This document shows positions 53,841-64,000 of a DNA stretch of 64,000 nucleotides, piece by piece. This DNA is from Alphaproteobacteria bacterium. Its GTDB lineage: Bacteria; Pseudomonadota; Alphaproteobacteria; Bin95. The notes below the pieces were generated by a model, which was not told where the DNA came from, ran no database searches, and saw nothing but the letters and a program-made list of their open reading frames with translations. The position numbers were made by a program, and so were the translations under genes. Positions within the stretch are counted from its first letter, which is position 1; every line of letters begins with the position of its first letter. The stretch is from NCBI GenBank assembly GCA_964291285.2, contig OZ219786.1:896001-960000 (forward strand). Direction: 5' to 3'.

Positions 53841-54496
53841 AAGCCATAGCCACCCGGCGGTCCGTCCGCGCCTTCAGGCCGGACCCGGTGCCGCTGGAAA
53901 TCGTCCACGAGATTCTGGAGGTTTCGGCCCGCGCGCCCTCCGGCACCAACATGCAGCCCTGGAAGGCGCGGGTCGTGACCGGCGCCGCGCGCGAGCGGCT
54001 GACCCGGGCCGCGCTCGCCGCCGGCGCAAACGGCGCGGCGCTGAAGGCGGAGTACAAATACTATCCCGACCGGTTTCCCGAGCCTTACCTCTCCCGCCGC
54101 CGCAAGGTCGGCTGGGACCTCTACGGCCTGCTCGGCATCCAGCGCGGCGAGACCGACAAGATGCGCGCCCAGCACGCCCGCAACCAGATGTTCTTCGATG
54201 CGCCGGTCGGCATCATCTTCAGCGTGGACCGCGTGCTGGAGATCGGAAGCTGGCTCGATTACGGCATGTTCCTGGAGAATGTCATGGTGGCGGCGCGCGC
54301 CTTCGGCCTGCACAGCTGCCCGCAGGTCGCCTGGACGCCGTACCACGAGGTCGTGCGCGAAGTGCTCGGCATGCCGGAGGACGAGGTGGTCGTCTGCGGC
54401 ATGGCGCTCGGCTACGAGGACGAAGAAGCCGTCGAGAACAGCCTGCGCACCGAACGCGCCCCGCTATCCGACTGGGTCTCCTTCCACGAGGAGTGA
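53828..54496 (+). CDS. Nitroreductase family protein
   Basis: RRSVRAF, APSGTNMQPW, FFDAP, GMALGY. Confidence 0.93.
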   Translation: MHALEAIATRRSVRAFRPDPVPLEIVHEILEVSARAPSGTNMQPWKARVVTGAARERLTRAALAAGANGAALKAEYKYYPDRFPEPYLSRRRKVGWDLYGLLGIQRGETDKMRAQHARNQMFFDAPVGIIFSVDRVLEIGSWLDYGMFLENVMVAARAFGLHSCPQVAWTPYHEVVREVLGMPEDEVVVCGMALGYEDEEAVENSLRTERAPLSDWVSFHEE

Positions 54497-54542
54497 CGGC
54501 GCGCCGCAGTCAGGACGGCCTGTTATCCGGGAAGGTTGCGCA

Positions 54543-54690
54543 TTGACGGCCAAGCAATACGACCTCGCCAAGGCGCTTTCCGAACTGCTGTCCCGCCGCC
54601 GGGCAGGCGAGTTCATCACAGCGGAAGAAATGGACGCCCGGCTGAACAGTATGATCGCCGACAAGAAACGCGCCCGTGGCGTTTCCTCGG
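54543..54690 (+). pseudogene. C-terminal remnant of a ParD-like antitoxin
   Basis: ALSELLSRRRAGEFITAEEMDARLNSMIADKKRARGV; N-terminal RHH absent. Confidence 0.45.
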
Positions 54691-54711
54691 TCGGAACGGA
54701 AGCCGGTCCAG

Positions 54712-55470
54712 CTACCGCAGCCCCCCTGTCACGAAGATCGTGTCGGCGGTGAGGTAGCTGGCGCCGTCGGAGCAGGCGAACAGCACCGTCTCGGCGATCT
54801 CCTCGGGCTGGGCCATCCGGCCTATCGGCATCTGCTCGGCATAGGCCTGGAGCACCTCGGACGGCGTGTTGTCGTGGAACGGCGTGTCCACGAGCCCCGG
54901 CGAGATCGACAGGCAGCGCACGTTCCGGCTGGCGAACTCCCGGCCGATACCGAGCGTCATGGTGTGGACCGCGCCCTTGGACGAGGCGTAGTGGACCGAA
55001 TTGCCGGCTCCGCCGATCCTGGCGGCCACGCTGGCGATATTGACGATCACGCCGCCGCCCTTCTCCAGCATGTGCGGGAGGATGGCCTGCGCGCCGTTGA
55101 AGGTGCCGCGGACATTGAGGGCGTAGGTGCGCTCCCAGAGGTCCTCGGTGATCTCCAGGAAGGGCTTCCGGGCGAGCGCCGCACCCGCGGCGTTCAACTC
55201 GAAATCCACCCGTCCGAAATCCGAGACGGCCTGGGCAACGGCTGCATCGACTTCGGCCCGGACGGTCACGTCGCAGGCAACGAATGTCGCCTTCGCGCCG
55301 ACCTGGATGACCTGGTTGGCCGTGCGCTCGGCGGCCTCCGGGTCGATGTCGGCGCAGACCACGTTCGACCCTTCGCGCGCGAACACCAGGGCGGTGGCGC
55401 GGCCGATGCCGCTGCCGGCGCCGGTAATCAGGATGGTCTTGTCCTTGAAATAGTCCGGGTCTCTCGGCAT
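54712..55470 (-). CDS. SDR family oxidoreductase
   Basis: TGAGSGIG, YASSK, PGLVDT. Confidence 0.95.
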   Translation of the reverse strand: MPRDPDYFKDKTILITGAGSGIGRATALVFAREGSNVVCADIDPEAAERTANQVIQVGAKATFVACDVTVRAEVDAAVAQAVSDFGRVDFELNAAGAALARKPFLEITEDLWERTYALNVRGTFNGAQAILPHMLEKGGGVIVNIASVAARIGGAGNSVHYASSKGAVHTMTLGIGREFASRNVRCLSISPGLVDTPFHDNTPSEVLQAYAEQMPIGRMAQPEEIAETVLFACSDGASYLTADTIFVTGGLR

Positions 55471-55507
55471 GGCGTCCTCCTCCGCCGGGCGCGCGGCGAA
55501 TCCGTGT

Positions 55508-56299
<792 letters not shown>

Positions 56300-56381
56300 C
56301 GCCTCATATCCGGGCCGTCCGGTTGAAAAGTGTCAAAGCGGCGAGGCCCGAAGGCCCCGCCAAAGTCCTGTACGGCAAGCC

Positions 56382-57626
56382 TTACTGGCGGCTCGCATCC
56401 GCTTTCAGGAGTTCCACGACGGCATCGCGGTAGCCCTGGAACCAATCGGTCACGGGCACGAATTTGGCGCCCTGGACCTGGAAGATGCGCACCCAGCCGC
56501 CGCCCTCATGGTCAAAGCCGGTGATCTCCATCGGGGGAACGAGGCCGCCCAGCGTGAAGCCCTTGATCTGCTCCATGCCGTGCCTCACGTCCTCGCCGGT
56601 GATGTCCCCGGAACCCTTGGCCTTGATGGCATTCTCGATGGCCTTCAGGTGGATGGCCGCCGCGAAGACGCCACGGTTGTAATAGACCGTGGAGTTCATC
56701 TCCTCCGGCGCATCCTTGCCGTCGGCCTTGTACATGGCGCGGATCTCGTCGAGCACCGGGTAGTCGGAGCCGACGCCGGCGAACTGCATCGCCGAATAGC
56801 CCTCGACACGGTCGAAGCCGCCCGCCGCCGCAATGTCCGCCTCGCCGCCGGCCCACACGAAGCCAAGCACCTTCTCAAGCGGATAGCCGGCCCGCTTGAA
56901 CTCCTTCATCGACACGGACGGCGCCCGCCCGAAGAGATGGGAGAGCACGAAGTCGGCGCGGTAACGGCGCGTGATGTCGAGCACCTGTGCGGACATCTCG
57001 ATGCCGGGAGGCGGCACGGCGAATTCCTTCAACTCGTAGCCGAGTTCGTCGCGCAGCTTGTGCAGCACCGGCAGCGGCTCGCGCCCCGCCGGATTGTCGT
57101 AATAGATGTAGGCGATCTTCTTGCCCTTGAGGTCTCCGCCGACCTGCGTGCGGACATACTCGAGTCCCGCCGCCGCCTGGCTCCAGTAGGAAGCCGCGAT
57201 CGGGAAGATGTAGGGGAACTTCTCGCCATTGGCCGCCGCGGCGGTGCCGAAGCCCGGAGACGTGCCGGGGATCTTGTCCTCGGTCAGCTTCTGCGTCAGC
57301 GCCTGGGTATGCGGCGTGCCGTAGAGGGAGATCAGGACCGCGCCTTCCTTCTTGTGCAGCGCATAGGCCTCGACACCCGCCGGGACCTTGTATTCGTGGT
57401 CGATCTCAAGGGGCTTTATCATGTGCCCCTCGACCCCGCCCTTGGAGTTCACGAGGCTTACATAGTCGTGGTAGCCGGGGCAGAGGAAGGTGCCCACGGT
57501 CTGGGTCGGGCCGGTGCGGTCGCACTGCAGGCCGATGACGATCTCGGCCGCGCCGGCCGATGTCGCCGCCCCCGCCGCGGCCAGTGCGAGGCCCGCGCCG
57601 AAGAGCAGTTTGTCGAGACGTCTCAT
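56382..57626 (-). CDS. Liv-type ABC substrate-binding protein
   Basis: Signal peptide, DRTGP, NSKGGVEG; operon context. Confidence 0.9.
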   Translation of the reverse strand: MRRLDKLLFGAGLALAAAGAATSAGAAEIVIGLQCDRTGPTQTVGTFLCPGYHDYVSLVNSKGGVEGHMIKPLEIDHEYKVPAGVEAYALHKKEGAVLISLYGTPHTQALTQKLTEDKIPGTSPGFGTAAAANGEKFPYIFPIAASYWSQAAAGLEYVRTQVGGDLKGKKIAYIYYDNPAGREPLPVLHKLRDELGYELKEFAVPPPGIEMSAQVLDITRRYRADFVLSHLFGRAPSVSMKEFKRAGYPLEKVLGFVWAGGEADIAAAGGFDRVEGYSAMQFAGVGSDYPVLDEIRAMYKADGKDAPEEMNSTVYYNRGVFAAAIHLKAIENAIKAKGSGDITGEDVRHGMEQIKGFTLGGLVPPMEITGFDHEGGGWVRIFQVQGAKFVPVTDWFQGYRDAVVELLKADASRQ

Positions 57627-57654
57627 TCCACGTCCTCCCTTCGCGTTTCGAGGG

Positions 57655-58722
57655 CTAGTAGGAGAAAGGCCATACCCGGAAGTAGTTCCGGATATTGAGC
57701 CACAGGCGGTTGAGGCCCTCGGGCTCCACCACCAGGAAGAACATGATCAGCGCGCCGAACAGGATGAGGCGGAACTGCGCCGTCACCTGGGCGAGGATCA
57801 CCGGATCGAAGAAGAACGCGCCGATATTGTCCATGAAGATGCGGATCACGATCGGGAACAGCTGGACGAAGATGGCGCCGAAGACTGACCCCAGAACCGA
57901 TCCCAGCCCGCCGATGATGACCATCGCCAGATAGTCGATGGACACGACGATCAGGAACTGCTCGTAGTTGGCGATGCTGAGATAGTAGGTGTAGAGCACG
58001 CCCGCCACGCCGGCGTAGAAGGACGAGATGGCGAAGGCGAAGAGCTTGTAGCGGAAGACGTTGATGCCGATGATCTCGGCTGCGACGTCCTGGTCACGGA
58101 TGGCGATGAAGGCGCGCCCGATGCGCGAGCGCACGAGGTTCATGGTCGCGACGATGGCGATGGCCGCGAACGCCATCAGGAAGAAATAGAGCTCGATCTC
58201 GGTATCCAGCTTTTCGCCGAAGAAGGTCGGGCGCGGCACCTCGATGGACGCCTGCACGCCGCCGGAGATCGCCGGCGTGTGGTTGATGACCCACTCGATG
58301 ATGAACTGCGCCGCCAGGGTGGCGATGGCGAGATAGAGGCCCTTGATGCGCAGCGACGGAATGCCGAACAACGCGCCGACGGCCGCCGCCATGATGCCGC
58401 CCGACGGCACCGCCAGCCAGAACGGCCAGTCGAGCTTGGTAATCAGGTTCGCTGCGGTGTAGGCGCCGACGGACATGAACGCCGCATGGCCTATGGAGAT
58501 CTGGCCCGCATAGCCCAGCAGAATGTTCAGCCCGAGCGCGCCGACGATGGCGATGGCGATCAGGCAGAGAACCGAGAGGTAGTAGGGTTCGAGGAACAGC
58601 GGCACCACGACCAGGAAAAGGACGCCGATCAGCGCGACCGACCACCGCCCCACGGGCAGCGGATAGAAGGCCATGTCCCCCTTGTAGGTCGTCTTGTAAT
58701 AGCCGCTCTCGCGATGGAACAT
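57655..58722 (-). CDS. Liv-type ABC permease (LivM-like)
   Basis: GYAGQISIGHAAF, GLYLAIATLA, GGLGS. Confidence 0.94.
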   Translation of the reverse strand: MFHRESGYYKTTYKGDMAFYPLPVGRWSVALIGVLFLVVVPLFLEPYYLSVLCLIAIAIVGALGLNILLGYAGQISIGHAAFMSVGAYTAANLITKLDWPFWLAVPSGGIMAAAVGALFGIPSLRIKGLYLAIATLAAQFIIEWVINHTPAISGGVQASIEVPRPTFFGEKLDTEIELYFFLMAFAAIAIVATMNLVRSRIGRAFIAIRDQDVAAEIIGINVFRYKLFAFAISSFYAGVAGVLYTYYLSIANYEQFLIVVSIDYLAMVIIGGLGSVLGSVFGAIFVQLFPIVIRIFMDNIGAFFFDPVILAQVTAQFRLILFGALIMFFLVVEPEGLNRLWLNIRNYFRVWPFSY

Positions 58723-58728
58723 GGGGGA

Positions 58729-59634
58729 TCAGATCCTCTCGATGATCGGCTTGCCGAACAGCCCGTAGGGCTTGAACATCAGCATCAGGATCATGAGCAC
58801 ATAGGGCGTGAAGTCCTTGGTGCCGCCGCCCACCATCGGGTCGAGATAGCCGGCAGCCAGGTTCTCGACGACGCCGACGATGATGCCGCCGACGATGACG
58901 CCGACGATCGAGTCGAGGCCGCCCAGGATCACCACCGGGAACACCTTGAGGCCGATGATCGCGAGCTGCGTATCGACGCCGAGCAGGCTGCCCCAGATGA
59001 CGCCGCCGAGCGCCGCCACGACGCCCGCCATCACCCAGGCGAGCGCGAAATAGCGCTGCACATTGATGCCCATAGCCATCGACACCTGGTGGCTGTCTGC
59101 GACCGCGCGCATGGCCACGCCCTTGCGGCTCTTCAGGAAGAACCAGCCGAAGCCGAGCAGGAAGAGCACCGCCGCGACGGCGCCCAAGAGGTGGATCGGG
59201 TTCAGGTAGATGAAGTGGTCGCCGATGATGATCGGCGCATCGTCAATCGGCAGGTTGAGCGGGCGTGTCTCGGCGCCGAAGAAGAACGGCCCGGCACCCC
59301 TCAGCAGCGCTGCAAGCCCGATGGTCGCCATGATGATCGCCACGATCGGCCGCCCGATCATCGGGCGCAGCACCGTGCGCTCCAGCCCGACATTGAAGAG
59401 CACCATGAAGCCGACCGACAGCGAGATCGCGAGCCAGAGCGGCAGGCCGTAGGAGGCCGCGCAGGCGCCGACGATGATGCCCGCGATCATAACGAACTCG
59501 CCCTGGGCGAAGTTGATCGCGTCGGTGGACTTGTAGATCAGCACGAAGCCCAGCGCGATCAGCGAATACATCAGCCCGATCAGGACGCCGGAGACCACCA
59601 GCTCCAGGAAAAAGCCCCAATTGAAATCCGCCAT
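58729..59634 (-). CDS. Liv-type ABC permease (LivH-like)
   Basis: ALGFVLIY, INFAQGE, MRAVAD, PYGLFG. Confidence 0.94.
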   Translation of the reverse strand: MADFNWGFFLELVVSGVLIGLMYSLIALGFVLIYKSTDAINFAQGEFVMIAGIIVGACAASYGLPLWLAISLSVGFMVLFNVGLERTVLRPMIGRPIVAIIMATIGLAALLRGAGPFFFGAETRPLNLPIDDAPIIIGDHFIYLNPIHLLGAVAAVLFLLGFGWFFLKSRKGVAMRAVADSHQVSMAMGINVQRYFALAWVMAGVVAALGGVIWGSLLGVDTQLAIIGLKVFPVVILGGLDSIVGVIVGGIIVGVVENLAAGYLDPMVGGGTKDFTPYVLMILMLMFKPYGLFGKPIIERI

Positions 59635-59650
59635 AAGGGATGCGCTCCTC

Positions 59651-61537
59651 TCAGGCCGCGTCTTGGATCTGCATGCGGTTGTCGATGAAGGCTTCGCGCC
59701 CGTCTTCGAAGGTGACGGCGGTGCGCAGCTCGACGGAGGTTCCGCCGGAATAGAACGCCTCGATCACGTCGGCGTATTTGTCGGCGATGAAGGACCGGCG
59801 CAGCTTGCGCGTTCGCGTGATCTCCGCATCGTCCGCATCGAGGTCCTTGCCGAGCAGCAGGAAGCGTTTCACACGGCCCGCCTCGGGAAGGCCGCGATTG
59901 ATGCGTTCGATCTCGCTGCGGATGAGTTCGTAGGTTTCCGGCTTCTGGCTGAGGTCCATGTAGTTTGTGTAGGCAAGCGCCTGGCGCTCCGCCCAGTTGC
60001 CGACCGTGTTGAGATCGATCGCCACCATCGCGCAGATGAAGGGGCGTTTGTCGCCGAACGACACCACTTCGCTGATATAGGGCGAGAATTTCAGCTTGTT
60101 CTCGACGAATTGCGGCGCATAGGCAGAGCCGTCGGAGAGTTGGCCGACATCCTTGGCGCGGTCGATCACGACGATATGGCCGCGCTCGTCCATGAGCCCA
60201 GCATCGCCGGTGCGGAACCAGCCCTCCTCGTCGAACGCCTCCTCCGTCGCCTCCTCGGCCTTGTAGTAGCCGTTGAACACGCCGGGGCTCTTGACGAGAA
60301 TCTCGCCGGTGTCGGCGATGCGCACCGTTACCCCGTCGCAGACGGGGCCGACCGTGTCCGGATTGGCCTGCCCGTCCGGCTGCACCGAGATCACGCCCGT
60401 GACCTCCGTGGAGCCGTAAACCTGTTTCAGGTTGACGCCGAAGGACCGGAAGAAGCGGAAGGTATCCGGCCCGAGCGGCGCGCCGCCGGTCAGCGCCCAG
60501 CGCGTGCGGCGGAAGCCCAGCTGGTCGCGCACCGGCCCGTAAACCAGGAATTCGCCGAGCCGGTAGCGCAGGCGGAGCCCCGACGGGACGGGCCTGTCCT
60601 CCACCCGGCAGGTCTCCACCTGTTCGGCGACCTTGCGGAAATAGCCGAACACCCGCCGCTTCAGGGCGGAGGAGTCGTTCGCGCGCACCAGAATGTCGGA
60701 GAGCATCATCTCCCACATGCGCGGCGCCGCGATGATGCCCATGGGGCTGAGTTCGCGGAGGTCCCGGCGCAGGGTCTCCGGGCTCTCCGGGCAGTTGATC
60801 GCCGAACCCACCATCAGGGCGGCGCACAGCCCGTAGAGCGAATCCCCGACCCAGGCCATCGGCAGATAGGCGAGGTAGTCGTCGCTCTCCCGCACATCCT
60901 CGGCCTTGCAGTAGATCTCCGCCGTCCGGACAAGGTTCTCATGGCTCAGCATGACGCCCTTGGGACGTCCGGTGGTGCCGGAGGTGTAGCAGATGAGGCC
61001 GATATCCTCGGGCGCCACCTCCCTGCAGAGCGCCTCGAAATTGCCCTTGGCGCCGCGTCCTTCCTCCAGAAGGTCGGAAAACGAGGCCAGGATGTCCTCG
61101 TCGTAATCCGTCATGCCGCGGGGGTCGGAATAGACGATCAGTTCCAGGGCCGGCAATTCCTCGCGGATCGAAAGGATCTTATCCGCCTGTTCCTGGTCCT
61201 CGGCGACGACGACCTTCGCCTCGGCATGGTGGAGCACGAAGGAGAGTTCGCGCGCGATCGAGTCCTGATAGACCGGCACGGCCGAGCCGCCGAGGCACAT
61301 CGCAGCCAGTTGCGCCCAGTAGAGATGCGGGCGGTTGTCGCCGATCACGGCGAGCTTGTCGCCCTTGCCGAAACCGCGCGCCCTGAGGCCGAGCGCGCAG
61401 GCGCGGACATTGTCGGCATAGTCCCGCCAGTTCCATGTCTCCCAGATGCCGTAAAGCTTCTCGCGGATCGCCGGCTTGTCAGGCCGCGTTACGGTATTGG
61501 CGAGCAGCAGCGCGGGAACCGTCCTTGCCTCGGCCAT
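59651..61537 (-). CDS. Long-chain acyl-CoA synthetase-like AMP-binding protein
   Basis: YTSGTTGRPKG, YGSTE, TGDAG, TRTRKLRR. Confidence 0.94.
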   Translation of the reverse strand: MAEARTVPALLLANTVTRPDKPAIREKLYGIWETWNWRDYADNVRACALGLRARGFGKGDKLAVIGDNRPHLYWAQLAAMCLGGSAVPVYQDSIARELSFVLHHAEAKVVVAEDQEQADKILSIREELPALELIVYSDPRGMTDYDEDILASFSDLLEEGRGAKGNFEALCREVAPEDIGLICYTSGTTGRPKGVMLSHENLVRTAEIYCKAEDVRESDDYLAYLPMAWVGDSLYGLCAALMVGSAINCPESPETLRRDLRELSPMGIIAAPRMWEMMLSDILVRANDSSALKRRVFGYFRKVAEQVETCRVEDRPVPSGLRLRYRLGEFLVYGPVRDQLGFRRTRWALTGGAPLGPDTFRFFRSFGVNLKQVYGSTEVTGVISVQPDGQANPDTVGPVCDGVTVRIADTGEILVKSPGVFNGYYKAEEATEEAFDEEGWFRTGDAGLMDERGHIVVIDRAKDVGQLSDGSAYAPQFVENKLKFSPYISEVVSFGDKRPFICAMVAIDLNTVGNWAERQALAYTNYMDLSQKPETYELIRSEIERINRGLPEAGRVKRFLLLGKDLDADDAEITRTRKLRRSFIADKYADVIEAFYSGGTSVELRTAVTFEDGREAFIDNRMQIQDAA

Positions 61538-61550
61538 CGCCCCGTCCTCC

Positions 61551-62348
61551 CTAGTGCGCGGTGCCGAGATAGGCCTGGATCACCTTGGGGTCGGCGCGCA
61601 CTTCATCGGGCGTGCCCTCGGCGATCTTCTCACCCATATCCAGCACCGCGACGCGGTCAGAAATGTCCATCACCACGCCCATGTCGTGCTCGATCAGCAC
61701 GATGGTGGTGCCCCATTCGGCGGAGACGTCGAGGACATAGCGCACCATGTCCTCCTTCTCCTCCTGGTTCATGCCCGCCATCGGCTCGTCCAGCAGCAGC
61801 AGAGTCGGGTCCGAGGCGAGCGCGCGGCCGAGCTCTACGCGTTTCTGCAGGCCGTAGGCGAGCGCGCCGGCCGGCGTCTTGCGCAGGTCCGAGAGCTTCA
61901 GGAAATCGATGATCTCCTCGCAGCGCCGGCGATGGCGGATTTCCTCCCTCTGCGCCGGCCCCCAGTAAAGCAGGGAGGAGAACACGCCGGACTTGAGCCG
62001 AACATGGCGCCCGAGCATCAGGTTGTCGAGGACCGTCAGGCCGCGAAACAGGGCGATGTTCTGGAAGGTCCGCGCGATGCCGAGCTCGGCGATCTCGTTC
62101 GGCTTCAACCGGCCGATGTCCCTCTCCCGGAACAGGATCGCGCCCTCGTCCGGCTTGTAGAAGCCGGACACCATGTTGAGCAATGTGGTCTTGCCCGCGC
62201 CGTTGGGGCCGATAATGGCGAAGATCTCGCCTTTCCTGACGGCGGTGGAGACGCCTGCAACGGCGCGCACGCCGCCGAAGTTCTTGCTCACCCCTTCGAC
62301 CGACAGGGCCGGGCCGTCGTCCGGCCCTCCGTTTATGCCGTCTGGCAT
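61551..62348 (-). CDS. Liv-type ABC ATPase (LivG-like)
   Basis: GPNGAGKTT, RTFQN, LDEPMAG, IEHDM, AYLG. Confidence 0.95.
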   Translation of the reverse strand: MPDGINGGPDDGPALSVEGVSKNFGGVRAVAGVSTAVRKGEIFAIIGPNGAGKTTLLNMVSGFYKPDEGAILFRERDIGRLKPNEIAELGIARTFQNIALFRGLTVLDNLMLGRHVRLKSGVFSSLLYWGPAQREEIRHRRRCEEIIDFLKLSDLRKTPAGALAYGLQKRVELGRALASDPTLLLLDEPMAGMNQEEKEDMVRYVLDVSAEWGTTIVLIEHDMGVVMDISDRVAVLDMGEKIAEGTPDEVRADPKVIQAYLGTAH

Positions 62349-62451
62349 CCTCCCCCCTTGCCGACTCGTATCTGTCACACTGACGCTAGACAGTTCCAGC
62401 GCAAACCGGAAGACAAAAAATCTCGGCCCGCTTCGGGAAAATGGCGGCCGT

Positions 62452-63192
62452 TCAGCCCAGACGGCGCCGATAGAGGGCGAGCAGGCGTTCCCAGTGCCGT
62501 TCCGCCGCCGGCAGGTCGTAGCACCAGCGTTCCGGGAAGGCGAAGCCGTGATGCACGCCCGCATGGATCTCCAATTCGCCCGGAGTGCCCGAAGCGTCGA
62601 ACAGCCCCCTGAGTTCCGCCACCATGTCGAGCGGCGCCAGGTCGTCATGCTCGGCGCAGGCGATGTAGAGCTCGCCCTTCGCGCGGCCCAGCGACAGATG
62701 CGGGCTCTCCTCGGCATCGGAAACCAGCCAGGTGCCGTAGAAGGACGCCGCGGCCGCGACCCGGTCCGGGTAGCGGGCCGCGGCGGCAAGCGCATAGGGG
62801 CCGCTCATGCAATAGCCGTGCGCGCCCACCGGGCCGGGGGCTGCGTCCGCCTGTCCGTCGAGCCAGGCCAGCATGTCGCCCACATCCTCCATGACCGGAG
62901 GGATCGTCATGCCCGTGCGGACCGCCCGCATGGCGGTATGGTCGGCGCTGCCGGCCGTCAGCACGTCCGGGCCGTATTTCGTGTCCCGCCCGGCGCGGTA
63001 ATAGAGATTCGGCAGCAGCACGAAATAGCCGACCGACGCCAGCCGCCGGGCCATTTGATACAGCTCCTCGCGGATACCGGGCGCATCCATCAGGAACAGC
63101 ACGGGCGGGAACGGCCCGCCCCGCTCCGGACGGCAGGTGAAGGTTTCCATCGCGCCCGCGCGCGTTTCGATATCTGCGATCGCCTCGATCAT
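62452..63192 (-). CDS. Dienelactone hydrolase family protein
   Basis: MDAPGIR, GYCMSG nucleophile, HGF. Confidence 0.92.
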   Translation of the reverse strand: MIEAIADIETRAGAMETFTCRPERGGPFPPVLFLMDAPGIREELYQMARRLASVGYFVLLPNLYYRAGRDTKYGPDVLTAGSADHTAMRAVRTGMTIPPVMEDVGDMLAWLDGQADAAPGPVGAHGYCMSGPYALAAAARYPDRVAAAASFYGTWLVSDAEESPHLSLGRAKGELYIACAEHDDLAPLDMVAELRGLFDASGTPGELEIHAGVHHGFAFPERWCYDLPAAERHWERLLALYRRRLG

Positions 63193-63283
63193 CGCGGTCC
63201 CTCTCCCTCCGGTCCCGCTGCACTATACAGTGGCGGGGAAATGGGCCACCATTTTCTCCGGAACCGGACCGGAGGAGCGCCCG

Positions 63284-63841
63284 ATGCACGCTTCGGATAT
63301 CGTCTTCGCCCTCAAGGAAGCTGCGGAAGGCCCGCATGCGCTTCAGAATGTCCGCCGCGTGCTGAACGACTGGCGCGACCGCATCGACGAGATTTCGGCG
63401 GCGCTCGACTTCATTCCCGGCACTGACGGCAACGCCAACCAGGCCTTCTACCGCACGCCGGAGCTCAGCGTTCTCAAGGTGCTGTTCCCTTCCGGACGGC
63501 GGACGCCGCCGCACGACCACGGCTCGTGGGCGGCGATCCTGGTGCTTTCGGGCTCGGAAAAGAACACGATCTACCGCCGCGGCGATGACGGCCTCGAATA
63601 CGCCAACGAGGCCGTGCTGACGCCGGGCGCCATCCTGACCATGCCGGCCGACGCCGCGCATGTGGCTGAATGCCTGGGCGGGGAACCGGCAATCGGGCTG
63701 CATGTCTATGGCGGCGACGTGCTGGGCGTGGAGCGCAGCATGTGGGACCCGGAGACGCTCGAAGAACACCCGCTCGAGTGGGACCATTACGAGATTCTGG
63801 CGCGGAAGGCGTCCGATGCCGGCAAGCCGCCGCTGACCTGA
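63284..63841 (+). CDS. Cysteine-dioxygenase-like cupin
   Basis: TPPHDHGSW, AHV, GLHVYG; GGAGGAG RBS. Confidence 0.8.
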   Translation: MHASDIVFALKEAAEGPHALQNVRRVLNDWRDRIDEISAALDFIPGTDGNANQAFYRTPELSVLKVLFPSGRRTPPHDHGSWAAILVLSGSEKNTIYRRGDDGLEYANEAVLTPGAILTMPADAAHVAECLGGEPAIGLHVYGGDVLGVERSMWDPETLEEHPLEWDHYEILARKASDAGKPPLT

Positions 63842-63899
63842 CGCGCGCTGCGCTTTCCGAGCCTGTTCCAATTTCCATTTCCTGTGCAGAAGGAGAGCC

Positions 63900-64000
63900 A
63901 TGCCCATGGCTGAAACCGGCAAACCCGCCCCGGCATTCCGGGTCGTCAACCAGGACGGCGCGCCCGTCGGCCTGGAGGACTTCGCCGGGCGGAACGTGCT
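63900..64000 (+). CDS. Peroxiredoxin (BCP-like), N-terminal fragment
   Basis: AGGAG RBS; GKPAPAF...NQDG..V.LEDFAGRNV. Confidence 0.7.
   Translation, partial: MPMAETGKPAPAFRVVNQDGAPVGLEDFAGRNV

Overview
GC-rich chromosomal window, inferred from gene order and LexA-box type to be from an alphaproteobacterium (Rhodospirillales-like). Housekeeping blocks: tolQ'-tolR-tolA-tolB-pal-cpoB-tilS-ftsH-folP-glmM-(EamA)-thiD; rpmH-rnpA-yidD-yidC-engB-argB-pyrimidine nucleotidase; recA; dapD-dapE. Transporters (TRAP, peptide ABC, Liv-type ABC with an embedded CoA ligase) and many catabolic enzymes fill the rest. Three accessory zones stand out. (1) 11.7-15.4 kb: stacked REP/REPIN-like repeats bracket an orphan IS630-type HTH gene, a vapBC-type toxin-antitoxin pair and a MATE pump. 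(2) 19.6-24.1 kb: an unannotatable locus with a secreted 408-aa Pro/Cys/Trp-rich protein built from three pairs of internal repeats, a wHTH-like protein and a divergent secreted six-Cys mini-protein. It is split by a complete IS1634-family element whose non-coding end contains sequence matching its own target site. (3) 37.3-40.9 kb: a scar of gene fragments (RHH, narI 3' end, PPIase, integrase arm) beside an all-in-one GAF-PAS-HK-REC-wHTH protein. I saw no tRNA, rRNA or CRISPR array. All calls are by eye from motifs and synteny; no searches were run.
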